A DNA stretch of 64,000 nucleotides from Octopus sinensis (Eukaryota), in NCBI RefSeq assembly GCF_006345805.1, contig NC_043004.1:18848001-18912000 (forward strand), given 5' to 3'. Shown in pieces: positions 10,891-22,642 of the stretch. Both the position numbers and the translations under genes were made by a program. Each line of letters begins with the position of its first letter. The first letter of the stretch is position 1. Under the pieces are notes generated by a model. The model had not been told where the DNA came from. It saw only the letters and a program-made list of their open reading frames with translations, and searched no databases.

Positions 10891-13447
10891 TATCACATCA
10901 GTTTGTCCATTTATACGGAGACGTTACTTTTCTATTTTAGTGTGACGTAAGTAAATGGTAAATTAAAATTAAAATACTTACCTTATATTGACTTAAATGT
11001 TAAATCTAAAATATTTTTCTTTATTTTCAATTTGTGAATATGTCTAGAGGTTGCACCAATTCACCAGATATATTCTACTTTGTCCGCAGGCAATTCACCC
11101 CTTCAGATTTCCAGAGCAATATTACTTCTTTGTTGAAGCGCTTCTGTTTAGCTTATTTTGGCAGCAAACCGGGAGACCAGGAGAAGCCATTTGCACCCCA
11201 CAAAGCTTACAAGAGTTGCATCGGTAAGCTGCAAATGTGGTCAGTTGGAAAACTTAAATTTATACCCTTTGGAGAATCAATGGTATGGCGGGAACAGATG
11301 AACCACTAAAGTAGGTGGATTCAACAAGAAGACTAAAGGTTGCATAATATACCCAAATATTCCTTCAGCAATAATGCCTGTCCCACACTCAGATGATATT
11401 CCTGTACCTGTGCCACCTGAACCATGGGGAATTTTATCACATCTGATGATACTAATGAGACTATGAGCCACCAAAGTAGACTATGAGCCACTAACAAATA
11501 ACGATCCCAAATTCTTCAACCATGTTGAGCTCAATGACTTGGTTAGAGACCTTAACCTTCGAAAAGAAAGTGCACAGTTACTTGGATCTATACTGTAAGA
11601 ACACAAGCATCTAGCTCTTGGAACAACACTCGCTTCGTACCGTCATCGTGAAATGGAATTCATTTAGGTCTTTGAGAAAGTATTCTTTAGTTTTCTGTTC
11701 AAATATTTCTGGCCTTATTAAACCCATGGGTATGTCGTACAAAGCAGATAAATGGAGGCTTTTTCATTGCTTCTTCTAACAGAAGTTTAAAGGCTGGTCT
11801 TCTCCATAATGGCAACACAACTCTATCTGTGTCAATTGACCATATCGCTCAAATGCCAGAAACTTACGAAAATATGAAGACAGTATTAACTGCAATCAAG
11901 TACCATAATCAGAATTTTCTCATTTCTGATGATTTAAAAGTTATTGCTCTCCGACTAGGTCTTCAAGAGGAATACACTAAGTATCACTGTTTTCTGTGTC
12001 TTTGGGATAGTAGGGTAGACAGCCAGTACAATGAACAAAAAGGCTGGTCACCAAGAACCAGCTTCTTACTCGGAAATCACAACGTGAAAACTGTGCCACC
12101 ACTCCACATAAAATTAGGGCTTATGAAAAATTTTGCGAAGGCCCTGAACAAGAATGGAGCTACTTTCAAGTACCTGGAGTCAAAGTTTCCTCGTATGAGT
12201 GAAGGCAAGCTAAAAGTAGGACTCTTTGTTGGCCCTCAGATTTGGGAACTGATGATGGACAAACATTTTGAGGAAGCGTTAGCAGGTGTCGAAGTCAATG
12301 CCTGATTTTCCTCCAAAGAGGATTGTCCAAAAACAAGAGGCTAAACATAGAAGGGACAAACAAGAGGCTAAACATAGAAGGGACAAAACAAGAGGCTAAA
12401 CATAGAAGGGACAAACAAGGACAGACAAAGAGATTAAGTCGATTATATCGACCCCAGTGCGTAACAGGTACTTGTTTAATCGATCCCGAAAGGATGAAAG
12501 GCAAAATCGACCTCGGCGGAATTAAAGTCAGAACGTACCGGTAGACGAAATGCCTATTTCTTTACTACCCACAAGGGGCTAAACACAGAGAGGACAAACA
12601 AGGACAGACAAACGGACTAAGTCGATTACATCGACCCCAGTGCGTAACTGGTACTTATTTAATCTACCTCGAAAGGATGAAAGGCAAAGTCGACCTCGGC
12701 GGAATTTGAACTCAGAACGTAGCGGCAGACGAAATACCGCAAAGCATTTCGCTCGGCGTGCTAATGTTTCTGCCAGCTTACCGCCTTCAACTGCCCAAAA
12801 CCTCTTGGAAAACAGCCGCTCCCCACATTATGAAAAAATCATTCAAGACCTAGAATGAATGTGAAGATGCATTTTTTGCACTCGCATCTTGACTATTTTC
12901 TCCAGAATTGTGGCGACTACAGTGAAAAACAAAGAGAAGCGCAGTTCCATCAAGACATTTGCACCATGGAATCCCGATGCGATTCGAGGGTAAATGGAAT
13001 GGCAGCATGATGGCGGATAACTGCTCGACATTGAAACGTGATGGTCTCTATGCACAGCATAAGCAGAAATCAAAACAGTGCTCCTTCCTTTGAATCAATA
13101 TGTAGGCTAAACAATTAGGAGCATATTTTTTACATTCATTTGGTTTGATGTTGATAATTCTGATTCATTTCATTATGAACGTGCTTCCTTTCATGTTGAT
13201 TTGTAAAACATATGTTCTTAAAACTAACAGAATGTGCTTTTCCTTGATTAATTGCTTCATTTTAATGAGGTAACAATTTATTAAAAATTCACATTTTTAC
13301 CTTATTATTAATTTGTATTTTATTCAACATCTTTATGTGACAGGGCAAAATGGCTTCGATATTTACAGTCAGCAAGCCAAGAGTATGTAACATCACTTCT
13401 ATGAATAAAAATAAATATAAAACAAATTCCCAAATGCAGATCAGTTT
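10890..13447 (+). mobile_element. Chapaev3-type (CMC superfamily) DNA transposon, decayed, inserted in the Dong-C copy
   Basis: Transposase motifs AYFGSKPGDQEKPFAPH, MVWREQMNH, DLKVIALRLGLQEEYTKYHCFLCLWDSR, PPLHIKLGLMKNFAKAL, KFPRMSEGKLKVGLFVGPQI, KMHFLHSHLDYF. Right terminus degenerate, left TIR missing. Family name assigned from recalled motifs. Confidence 0.75.
12330..12787 (-). mobile_element. tRNA-derived SINE, family 1: head plus duplicated body, inserted in Chapaev3
   Basis: Minus-strand head GGCGG..AGCTGGCAGAAAC.TTAGC, B box GAGTTCAAATTCC, and central GTCGACTTTGCCTTTCATCCTTTCG. A second body copy follows, then a ~28-bp tail repeat x3. Confidence 0.85.
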
Positions 13448-14680
13448 TATCTCACTACAGGGTCTGTTTGGGTGGTGATACTCCCATTTGGATGGGGTTT
13501 AGGGAATACCCAGATTTTTTGTAGGCATAGATGCTACTGCATATATTATATCATTTAGCCTGGTCATATTGACATCTGTTTCTGTAGCTATTAGTTCTGT
13601 AACAACCAGGTTCATGCTATTTATTATTGTTATTTTATTATCAATTTTAAGTTTTGGGAGGTAGAGTCGGTGGTTCATACAGAGATCTGTGGCTTTCAAT
13701 TCTTTGATTATGCTCATTTTTAGAGTATCATAATCATTAGTTTCACCTTCACTGCTACCAGGTTTTAGATTTGTTTCGTATTCTCTCCCGTTCATATTTT
13801 TGTCTGTGGTGTTCTGGTTTGGTGCATATTGCTCAACATTATATATTCCTACGGTCTGAGTTTGTTGTTTAATTTGTTTTTTTTGAACAAGTTACGTCTG
13901 TCTTCGTATCTTACAGTCCCAGTGATTATGATATTATTTGGCATTACGGTGTGGTTAACATCTACGTTTTCCTGGTGTTTTCTATTTTTAAAAGTTCTAT
14001 TTCTATTAATGATATTTTTTCGTTTTCAGAAGATATATCCGTATGTTAGCTAGTTTATTAGTGTTCATTGCTGTATCTAAATCTTTACATGTTATGTTTT
14101 CCAGATTTTAAATGTATGTCGTGATTTCGTTCTAGGGGTAGAGAACTGCTGTAATATAAGTGTTTGAAATATATTCCTCACGTGTCCATTTAATTTTTGA
14201 TTTTATTTGTGGCGAATGAGGAACAAAGTCCGGCCTTTTGTTTTGATGAACATTATTTTCGCAGGGTACCGGTTCGTTCATTTCTTGTGTTAAATGGTTT
14301 TGCAGGTGTAGTCTTTCGTACTTTTTGTGTAACACGTTTAAAGTATGTGCTTCCCATTTGTTATCCTTGGGTTGAATGATACGGGTATTATTTTATTTAT
14401 TTTTCATTTTTCCTTTTTCTGTGTATGGTGGTTGGGGACGGAGAAGGTGTGATGTCGATTGGATTGTAATGTGGTGAACGTGTTTAAACGTGTTGTGCGA
14501 GTGATGGAGATGATACACAGTTAAAACACATCATTTCATTTGGAAAATAGAAATAAATTTTAATGACTATTACTTACTCGGATATAGTCCAACATTTTGT
14601 CAGTCTGGCGAACGTGTTTACACGGGGTGTGCGGGTGATGGAGATGATACACAGTTAAAATATATATTTACATTTGGAAT
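13448..14680 (-). mobile_element. 5'/N-terminal part of the Dong-C copy
   Basis: KIKWTREEY..Y and YLPKLK...LNDIIYAVA, consistent with continuing into 10890 across the Chapaev3 insertion. ~132-bp-period duplication at 14475-14682. Confidence 0.6.
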
Positions 14681-14704
14681 TATTATTATGATTATTATTT
14701 TATT

Positions 14705-15608
14705 CTTTCCTTCTTTCTTCAAACTCTCTTCCGTTTCTCGCCGAGTGTTTTCCGTACACCTAGGGCAGAGAAGCTCATTGTATGCATTCCCAGATTACAC
14801 ACGCAAATCCACAGATTAATAATTATATTTAAAAAATTAAAAAATAAATAAATTCATGAATGGATGTTGTTTTCACAGTGATAATGCTCTTCTCCGTACA
14901 TGAGCCGTTCCAGTTAATACGATTTTTTACCCTTCCTGTAGGGATGGTAAGCCGGGTATCATTTTCAAATAGGTTTCAGTACCTCTTTTTTTTCATTCCT
15001 AGAGATCCTACTATCACTGGTACTGTAGTCGCCTTGAGATGCCACATTTTTTCAATTTCTATTAGCAAGTCATTATATTTGCTGATCTTGTCAAATTCTT
15101 TCGCCGCTATATTGTGATCGCAAGGAATACTCATGTCAATTAATAAACACATCTTTTTCGTCTGATCTTTTATAATAATATCTGGTTTATTAGCTTTTAT
15201 AGTTTTCTCGGTATGTACGGGGAAGTCCCAGAGAATCGACACATTTTCTCCCTCAGTCACAGTTTCAGGATGGTGTTTATACCATTTGTCAGCGGTTTTG
15301 ATTTTATAATGCCGACATATTGTCCAATGTAAATACTGGCCGACTCTGTCATGTCTTGCTTTATATTCTACAGGTGCTAAGACTCTACGCCTTGAGATTA
15401 GGTTGTCTATAGTTTCAATCTCATCGTTACAGAATCGGCATTTTGAGTCAGCTCCATTTTTATCACATTGTCTTGGTAGTTTCGGGTTAATAAGCTTTGG
15501 TCTTGAGCAGCTAATATGAAACCTTTACTCTCTGCTTTTAAACCTGAGCTTCGTAACCATTGGTACGTGTGTTTCTGGTCGACATCAGCTTGTTTGCTAC
15601 GGGCCATA
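14705..15608 (-). mobile_element. Dong/R4-clade retrotransposon, family B, 5'-truncated
   Basis: QWLRSSGLKAESKGFILAAQDQ, RHD, and a restriction-like endonuclease ILWDFPVHTEKTIKANKPDIIIKD...LIDMSIP. 3' UTR homologous to the 35029 copy. TTA tracts on both sides. Confidence 0.9.
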
Positions 15609-15856
15609 TTATTATTATTATTATAATTATTATTATTATTATTATTCTATGTTTGACTTTTGCTTTATATTTGTACAAGTTGGCTCCAAGTCTCACCCAG
15701 AGACCTCAAGAGACAACAGGGTTGGAAGTTCATGTTGTTGTTATGCCTAGTGTGCCATATATTTGGGGGGTGGGGTGTTGTACTAATGAATGTCTAAAAA
15801 AAGTTTTTTTTTTTTCTTTTTTAAACCGAAAATTATGTTTGTTTTAAACCTTGAGA

Positions 15857-17480
15857 TTACATAGAAAGTATTTTGTGTAGGATATGAGCAGTTCCCATGA
15901 GCACTATCTTTTGAATTTCTGCCATTTTTGGGTTTCCTGGTATCTGAGTTAGGTAGCTATCAGCCCCTTTTGCTATCATTCCCAGGGCACCTATGACAAC
16001 AGGTAATGTTTTAGTCTTCAGGTTCCACATTTTGCTGATTTCTATTTCATGATCTTTATATTTGCTCAGTTTTTGGTAGGTCTTGACAGATACGTTTATA
16101 TCGATTGGGACAGTCATATCAATGAGGAGGCATGTTCTTTGTTTGAAGTCTTTCAATATGATGTCTGGCCTATTTGCATCTATCTTTCTGTCAGTTTGAA
16201 TGGTGAAGTTCCAGAGGAGTGAGATGTGGTCATTTTCAAGCACTGGGGGTGGTTTGTGTTCCCACAAGTTTTTTTCATGGGGCAAATCCAGGTTTTTACA
16301 GATTACCCAGTGAATATATTGTGCAGCTCTATCGTGCCTGTTGAGATACTCTGTAGGCGCTAGAAGACTGCACCTGGAGACCACATGGTCAATGGTTTCA
16401 TTTTGTTGCTTGCATACACGACACGTTGGACTGCTTCTGATCTTTAATATGTTGGCCTGGTAGTTTCTTGTTGGTAGGCATTGATCTTGAGCTGCTATGA
16501 TAAACCCCTCTGTTTCAGATTTTAAGCCAGAGGCCATTAGCCATTGATGGGTCAGGGCTTTGTCAACATCTGCATTATTTGCTCTCTTTGGGTATTTGCC
16601 ATAGAGAGGTTTTTCTTGCCATTTATCATTCAGAATATCTAAGGCCGCAGATTTAGCACGGGTTTTCATGCGCTTAGCTTTTTCTGTGCCTGTTTCTTGT
16701 ACGTCTATCTCTAATTCCGAAATTTGTTGTATTCGGGATTCACTTAGATATTCCTTTGCCTGTTTTGTTACTGAGTATGATGCTTTCTTGTTTTCATGTT
16801 TTGAGACAAGTTTTAACATCCAGTCCTCAGAGTTTTTCAGGTAGGTGTCTAGGCCAATTGTAGCAATCTTCATTGTTATTGCCAGTTGTAAAAGTCCACG
16901 GCCTCCCTCTTTTCTTGGCAGATAAAGTCGTTCTGTATCTGCCTTAGGGTGGTGCATTCTATGCAGTGTCAACAGTTTTCGTATTTTTCTGTCAAGATTA
17001 CATATTTCAGTAATTGACCAGTTAACGATATTGAAACTGTAAGTCACGACTGGTATGGCTAATGCATTGATCGCTTCGATCCTGTTTCTCGCATTCAGCT
17101 CTGTCTTGAGTATTGCTCTTACTCTGCGATAGCATTCTCTCCTGATCCTTTCCTTCATCTCTGAATGCCTTATTCCTTCTCCTTCAATTACCCCTAGATA
17201 CTTGTAGTTCTCTGCTGGGTCTAATTCTTTTATGACATTCTGCTGGTCAAGGTTAACGTTAGATGTTTCTGTCATTTTTCCTTTGATAAAGGTAGATTTT
17301 GCGCACTTATCGAGACCAAATTGCATTCTGATATCATCACTGAATTGTTTGACAATCGCTAGTAAGCCCTTGAGTTGTTGGTCATTGACAATCGCTAGTA
17401 AGCCCTTGAGTTGTTGGTCATTGACAATCGCTAGTAAGCCCTTGAGTTGTTGGTCATTGACAATCGCTAGTAAGCCCTTG

Positions 17481-17483
<3 letters not shown>
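15857..17483 (-). CDS. RT C-terminus, CCHC zinc finger and PD-(D/E)xK restriction-like endonuclease of Dong-A (no native start)
   Basis: FGLDKCAK, YKYLG, HHPKADTERLYLPRKEGGRGL, CRVC...ETIDHVVSRC, RHD, RPDIILKD..LLIDMTVP..K..KY. The upstream part of the listed 625-aa ORF is microsatellite read-through. Confidence 0.9.
17349..17483. repeat. 36-bp tandem repeat (3.75 copies) at the 5' junction of Dong-A
   Basis: TTGACAATCGCTAGTAAGCCCTTGAGTTGTTGGTCA starts at 17349, 17385 and 17421, with a partial copy at 17457. Confidence 0.95.
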
Positions 17484-17522
<39 letters not shown>

Positions 17523-17603
17523 GTTGTTGTTGTTGTTGTTGTTGTTATTATTATCATTGTTATTATTACTACTATTACTATTATTATTATTATTATTATT
17601 ATT

Positions 17604-17796
17604 GAGTGAGAGAGCAGTGCATGCCATCGAAGTGACACTGGGGTAAAATATACGAAGCCCAATATACCCATCATGACTACCCGTCTGATAAAGGTACACC
17701 AGGCACATGCATCACAACCATATGTGCGCGACATGGTGATCTCATATCAAGATAAACAGCACATGACCTTGCAGGTGGGGCCCAGTTAGAATTTTC
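17604..17796 (-). mobile_element. Second copy of the TTA-associated non-coding repeat, interrupted by the foldback element and resuming at 19710-19745
   Basis: Homologous to 8821-9025. The sequence resumes after 19709 (GAATTTTCTTCAGGTTGAGTAGCCCATCCCGCTCAA). Confidence 0.8.
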
Positions 17797-19709
17797 GGTT
17801 AATATAGGGCGTAACAAATATCAGAAAATCAAAAAAAAAATGTGTGTAATAGGTGTAAAACAACTTCCTATGAACGAATATGAAAAAAAAATTCGCGCAC
17901 GCGAAAGGGGGTGGGGGAGAGGCCTCGGAAAATTCACATCGGGAAGTTCCGAAAGCGTCTGAGGAGCTGACCCGGGCACCAAAACAAAAAAAAATAGTGT
18001 AATATGTGTAAAACAACTTGCTCTAAACGAATATGACAAAAAAAATGCGCTCTCGCGAAAGAGGGGTGGGGAGAGGCCTCGGAATATTTATATCGGGAAT
18101 TTCCGAAAGCGTCTGAACCGGGCACAAAAACAAAACAAAAACAGCGTAATAGGTGTAAAACAACTTGCTCAAACGACTATCATGAAAAAAATGCGCGCTC
18201 GCGAAAGGGGGTGGGGAGAGGCTTCGGAAATTTCACATCTTCAGTCCACGGCCTTTAAACTAAGAAAAATAGTGTAATTGGTGTAAAACTACTTGTTCTA
18301 AACGAGTATCAAGAACACACACTCACACATGAATCATAAACTCCGTATTTCGCAAAAAAAAAATAATAAAGAGAAGAAATTCTGGAAAAAGTGAAGAAAT
18401 GTTGGATCTCATTCCTTGGTTAAAGCTATTTTAAACATTAATTTATGCTTTTCTTTGAAATAGTTCAGATATATGCAATTCTTCTCACTTATTAAGATGC
18501 ATTTATCAGAAAAAAAGAGACAGAAAAATTATTATTTTGTGTCAATCCTTCCCTAATTATCCTTTATTAATTAGTTTTGGCGTGTATTTTTTTCCCAAAT
18601 TTATTTTTTCACCTTTACAACACTGTTTAGTAAAGCAATTAATTATCTTTATAATTTGCATATTTGACTTATTAATCAAAATTCTCTAGATGTAATATAT
18701 ACTAAGTAATGCATCCTTCATTTATGTGTTCCGTTCTGTATTATGCATGCGTGAGTGTTTGTATGTAAGTGTGTTTAACTGTGCACATGAATGTGAATAT
18801 TAAAGAACATATTTATTGACTATGATTGTTATTTTCAGAACAAATAAATCTTTTGGCTGTTATGTTATTGATGTTATTATTATTGCTAGTTAAAGAGTGG
18901 TGACTTGGCTGAATATTTTGAGTCTTGTAGTATGTAGTTGTGTTAGTCAATATTCTGAGTTCAAATCCAACTCATTTCTTTATCATCATTATCGATGGAC
19001 CACTCAAAGAGGTATGTATACATTATCATTTTCGTAACATAATTTCTGTAGTATTTCAAGATGTTTCTGACACGTATTTTGATTCACATGGCGGAGATCC
19101 AACATTTCTTCACTTTTTCCAGAATTTCTTCTCTTTATTTTTTTTTTTGCGAAATACGGAGTTTATGATTCATGTGTGAGTGTGTGTTCTTGATACTCGT
19201 TTAGAACAAGTAGTTTTACACCAATTACACTATTTTTTCTTAGTTTAAAGGCCGTGGACTGAAGATGTGAAATTTCCGAAGCCTCTCCCCCACCCCCCTT
19301 TCGCGAGCGCGCATTTTTTTCATGATAGTCGTTTAGAGCAAGTTGTTTTACACCTATTACGCTGTTTTTGTTTTTGTTTTTGTGCCCGGTTCAGACGCTT
19401 TCGGAAATTCCCGATATAAATATTCCGAGGCCTCTCCCCGCCCCTCTTTCTCGAGAGCGCATTTTTTTTTTCATATTCGTTTAGAGCAAGTTGTTTTACA
19501 CATATTACACTATTTTTTTTTGTTTTGGTGCCCGGTCAGCCCCTCAGACGCTTTCGGAACTTCCCGATGTGAATTTTCCGAGGCCTCTCCCCCACCCCCC
19601 TTTCGCGTGCGCGAATTTTTTTTTCATATTCGTTCATAGGAAGTTGTTTTACACCTATTACACACATTTTTTTTTGATTTTCTGATATTTGTTACGCCCT
19701 ATATTAACC
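17797..19709. mobile_element. Non-autonomous foldback DNA transposon, Merlin-like
   Basis: Termini GGTTAATATAGGGCGTAAC...GTTACGCCCTATATTAACC. 8-bp TSD GAATTTTC at 17789-17796 and 19710-19717. Near-identical inverted arms 17797-18410 and 19094-19709, each built from ~150-bp subrepeats. Confidence 0.85.
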
Positions 19710-20123
19710 GAATTTTCTTCAGGTTGAGTAGCCCATCCCGCTCAATGTTATTATTATTATTGTTGTTGTTCTTATTATTCAATATTTGGCAGTTTCAGGC
19801 AAATTTCTACTGCATCACCCGTTACATTGTGTTCTTTTTTGTTGTGGGATAGTGCAAAGTCTTCCCGGTAGTGTATTGCGTCCGTTTCTTTTTTAATGTG
19901 TCTGGTGCAGTCTTTTGCAGTATCAATGTTTGTACTGAATGTTGTGCGTGTAGTGCATTGGGTTACACGCCAGTTGGTGGTTGTTTATTTTATTGGATAT
20001 TTGCTATATAGAGTATGTCTTGTGTTTGTGGATTGTTTTTTTGGGCTGTATTATGAATTGTTAGTGCCCAGTATGGTGTCTGTCGAATGACGAGTAAGAG
20101 ATAAAAAGGAATATATATATATG

Positions 20124-20400
20124 TCACCTCTCACAAAAGAACCTTTTTGGGGGGCCTAAATGTGACTGGTGCCGAGAAGTGGGTTCTCTATGAAAATGTC
20201 AAGTGCCGAAGACAGTATTCCAAATACCGGCATCCCAGGCTAAATATGGTTTTCACCCACATAAAGTGTTGTTGTCCATGTGGTGGGATATGAAAGGTTT
20301 AGTCCACTTTCAACTTTTAAAACCAAACTGAATGATAACAAAGGAGACCTTCTGTAAGCAGCTTGAGCGGCTTAAGTCGACACTAGAGGAAAATAACCAT
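20124..20400 (+). mobile_element. Mariner transposase fragment
   Basis: VTGAEKWVLYENVKCRRQ and HPHKVLLSMWWDMKGLVHFQLLKPN...FCKQLERLK. Confidence 0.8.
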
Positions 20401-20793
20401 GTTTGGTGTCAATATAGAAATTTACCATAATGTTGTTATTTAGCTTCAAATCAACCCCGAATCAGGAAATCTGTCATCAAAGACGTTCCAGCTTTCACCA
20501 AACTGGGATAATCTAGGACATTATGTACAATGGCCGTGTGATTTAGGTAGGGGGATACTTTGGCTGCTGTTTTTAGAGCGACCAGGTAGAGGCTCTTCAT
20601 TGGTTCGATTGCGTGATGAGATTTTTTACACATATATGCAATATGTATATATATATCATCGGCAGAAGTTAGAGAGTAAGTCAAAGGCTGAGAGTTTCGT
20701 GTATAGGCACTTATCAAACACGAATTTGTCCGTTGTCACTCTGTAACTTGTGAGGAAATAACTTCTAAAATACAAACTTCTGTAAACAAAATT

Positions 20794-21172
20794 TAGAGTA
20801 AAACCTGTTCTATGTGATACATTGTACCAGTATCGGAAGTTTCAAGGTGTTTAGTTAAAAAATTAATGAGATTATCTGTACGCCAAATTGAATAGATCCG
20901 AAATGTTTGAAAGGCAAAGTCGACCTCGTCGAAATTTGAACTCAGAACGTAAAGACAGACTAAATACCGCTTCTAAAAAAAAAAATGTCAAAAAAGTTAA
21001 GAGTAAACCCTGCTCTATGTGACGCATTCTACCACTATCTGAAGTTTCAAGGTGTTTAGTTAAAAAGCATTAATCAAATAACCTGTGCGTCACATTGAAT
21101 AAATCCCAAATGGATAAAAGAAAAAGTCGACCTTGTCGGAATTTGAACTCAAAATGTAGACAGGCGAAATAC
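20794..21172. repeat. Diverged ~205-bp tandem duplication that includes a SINE fragment
   Basis: GAGTAAA.CCTG.TCTATGTGA...GAAGTTTCAAGGTGTTTAGTTAAAAA...AAAGTCGACC occurs at ~20794 and ~20999. Confidence 0.7.
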
Positions 21173-21374
21173 CTATTTCTTTACTACCCACAAGGGACTA
21201 AACACAGAGAGGAGAAACAAGGACAGACAAACGGATTAAGTCGATTACATCGACCCCGAAAGAATGAAAGGCAAAGTCGACCTCGGCGGAATTTTAACTC
21301 AGAACGTAGCGGCAGACGAAATACCACTAAGCATTTCGCCCGGCGTGCTAACGATTCTACCAGCTCACCACCTT
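21165..21374 (-). mobile_element. tRNA-derived SINE, family 1
   Basis: Homologous to 12556-12787. Confidence 0.85.
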
Positions 21375-22299
21375 AGTAAACGTTCGTTTTAGGAATGTAT
21401 TCTTTATTCTTATGCATAGGGCGCTACTCCCTTATTGACATTAAATTTCGTGGCATTCTACCTCATAACCTTTGTTCTACTAACTTTTGTTCAATGCGAC
21501 TAACGATTCTGGATTCATCATGCATTTTTCTATCATCTAAGCCTAAGAAAAGTATACTTTTATTTTAAAATTGAAAACTTTATGTTAATTGAAGATAAAT
21601 ACCTGCCTTACTGCCCCCTTAAGGTCGCAGATATTTTAATGTAACTTTTTTTCTACTGAACGAAATCTCAAACTTTATGCCAAAGTGTAGCTGAGGAGGT
21701 GTTCTCTTTAAAAGTTAGCAATTTAGTTGAGAACTGAATTAGTGGTGCTATTAAGTTAGACATGGCCTGGACCAATCTTTGGTCGAAACATATCTAAGTT
21801 TTATCTAAGTGGTGAAGCTTGGATGCTGCTGCGATTGATGAAATGGTGGACTTAAGAATATATTCAACCACGGCAGTGGTTGAATGATTACGATATATTA
21901 TTATATAGTTATTTTATACTATGAGTATGTCATAGAAGCCTTCTCTACGTATTTTATAAAGCCATTCTGGTTTGTTTACGAATATTATATGTAGTATTAG
22001 ACGGTTTAAGTGTATATTAATTATATTTAGCTGAAGTTGATGAATGAGCGTTTGGCCCAATCGAATGCGCAAGGAGCCATGTTAGTGTTGATTTGTGGAT
22101 TAGATTCTGGATTGGGTTAGCTCATCATTTTGCAGCCATTTGTTTGTTTTTAAAAATTATCGATTCAAATTGAAAAATATATATTATTATGATATATCAT
22201 TATACAGTTATTATCATACTATGAGTCTTCCATTGTAGCTTTCTATCCGTAACTTACAAAACTTTTTCTGGTTTGATTACAAATATTACATGTAGTATG

Positions 22300-22642
22300 T
22301 TTCAGTCTTTTGACTGCGGCCATGCTGGAGCACCGCCTTTAGTCGAACAAATCGACCCCAGGACTTATTCTTTGTAAGCCTAGTACTTATTTTAGTGGCC
22401 TCTTTTGCCGAACCGCTAAGTTACGGGGAAGTAAACACACCAACATCGTGTGTCAAGCGGAGGGGCAATCACAGACCCACAAGCACACACAAACACCCCC
22501 ACATATATACATATACGACGAGCTTCTTTCAGTTTACGTCTACCAAATCCACCCACAAGGTTTGGCCGGCCCGAATCTTTAGTAGAAGATACTTGCCCAA
22601 GGTTCCACGCAGTGGGATTGAACCCGCAGCCACTCCTGCGCC
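22300..22642 (-). mobile_element. tRNA-derived SINE, family 2
   Basis: Reverse-complement homology to 6500-6860. Confidence 0.85.

Larger units (their letters stand above)
15647..17483 (-). mobile_element. Dong/R4-clade retrotransposon, family A, 5'-truncated, young
   Basis: Uninterrupted ORF, a 3' UTR nearly identical to 36741-36960, and (TAA)n on both sides. Confidence 0.95.

Noticed and set aside
17349-17483. 36-bp repeats as a CRISPR array
   Set aside because: No spacers, eukaryotic context, and the unit is Dong RT coding sequence.
17484-17734. N-terminal extension of the 625-aa ORF (poly-I/T/V)
   Set aside because: Read-through of a trinucleotide microsatellite into an unrelated non-coding repeat; not part of the Dong protein.
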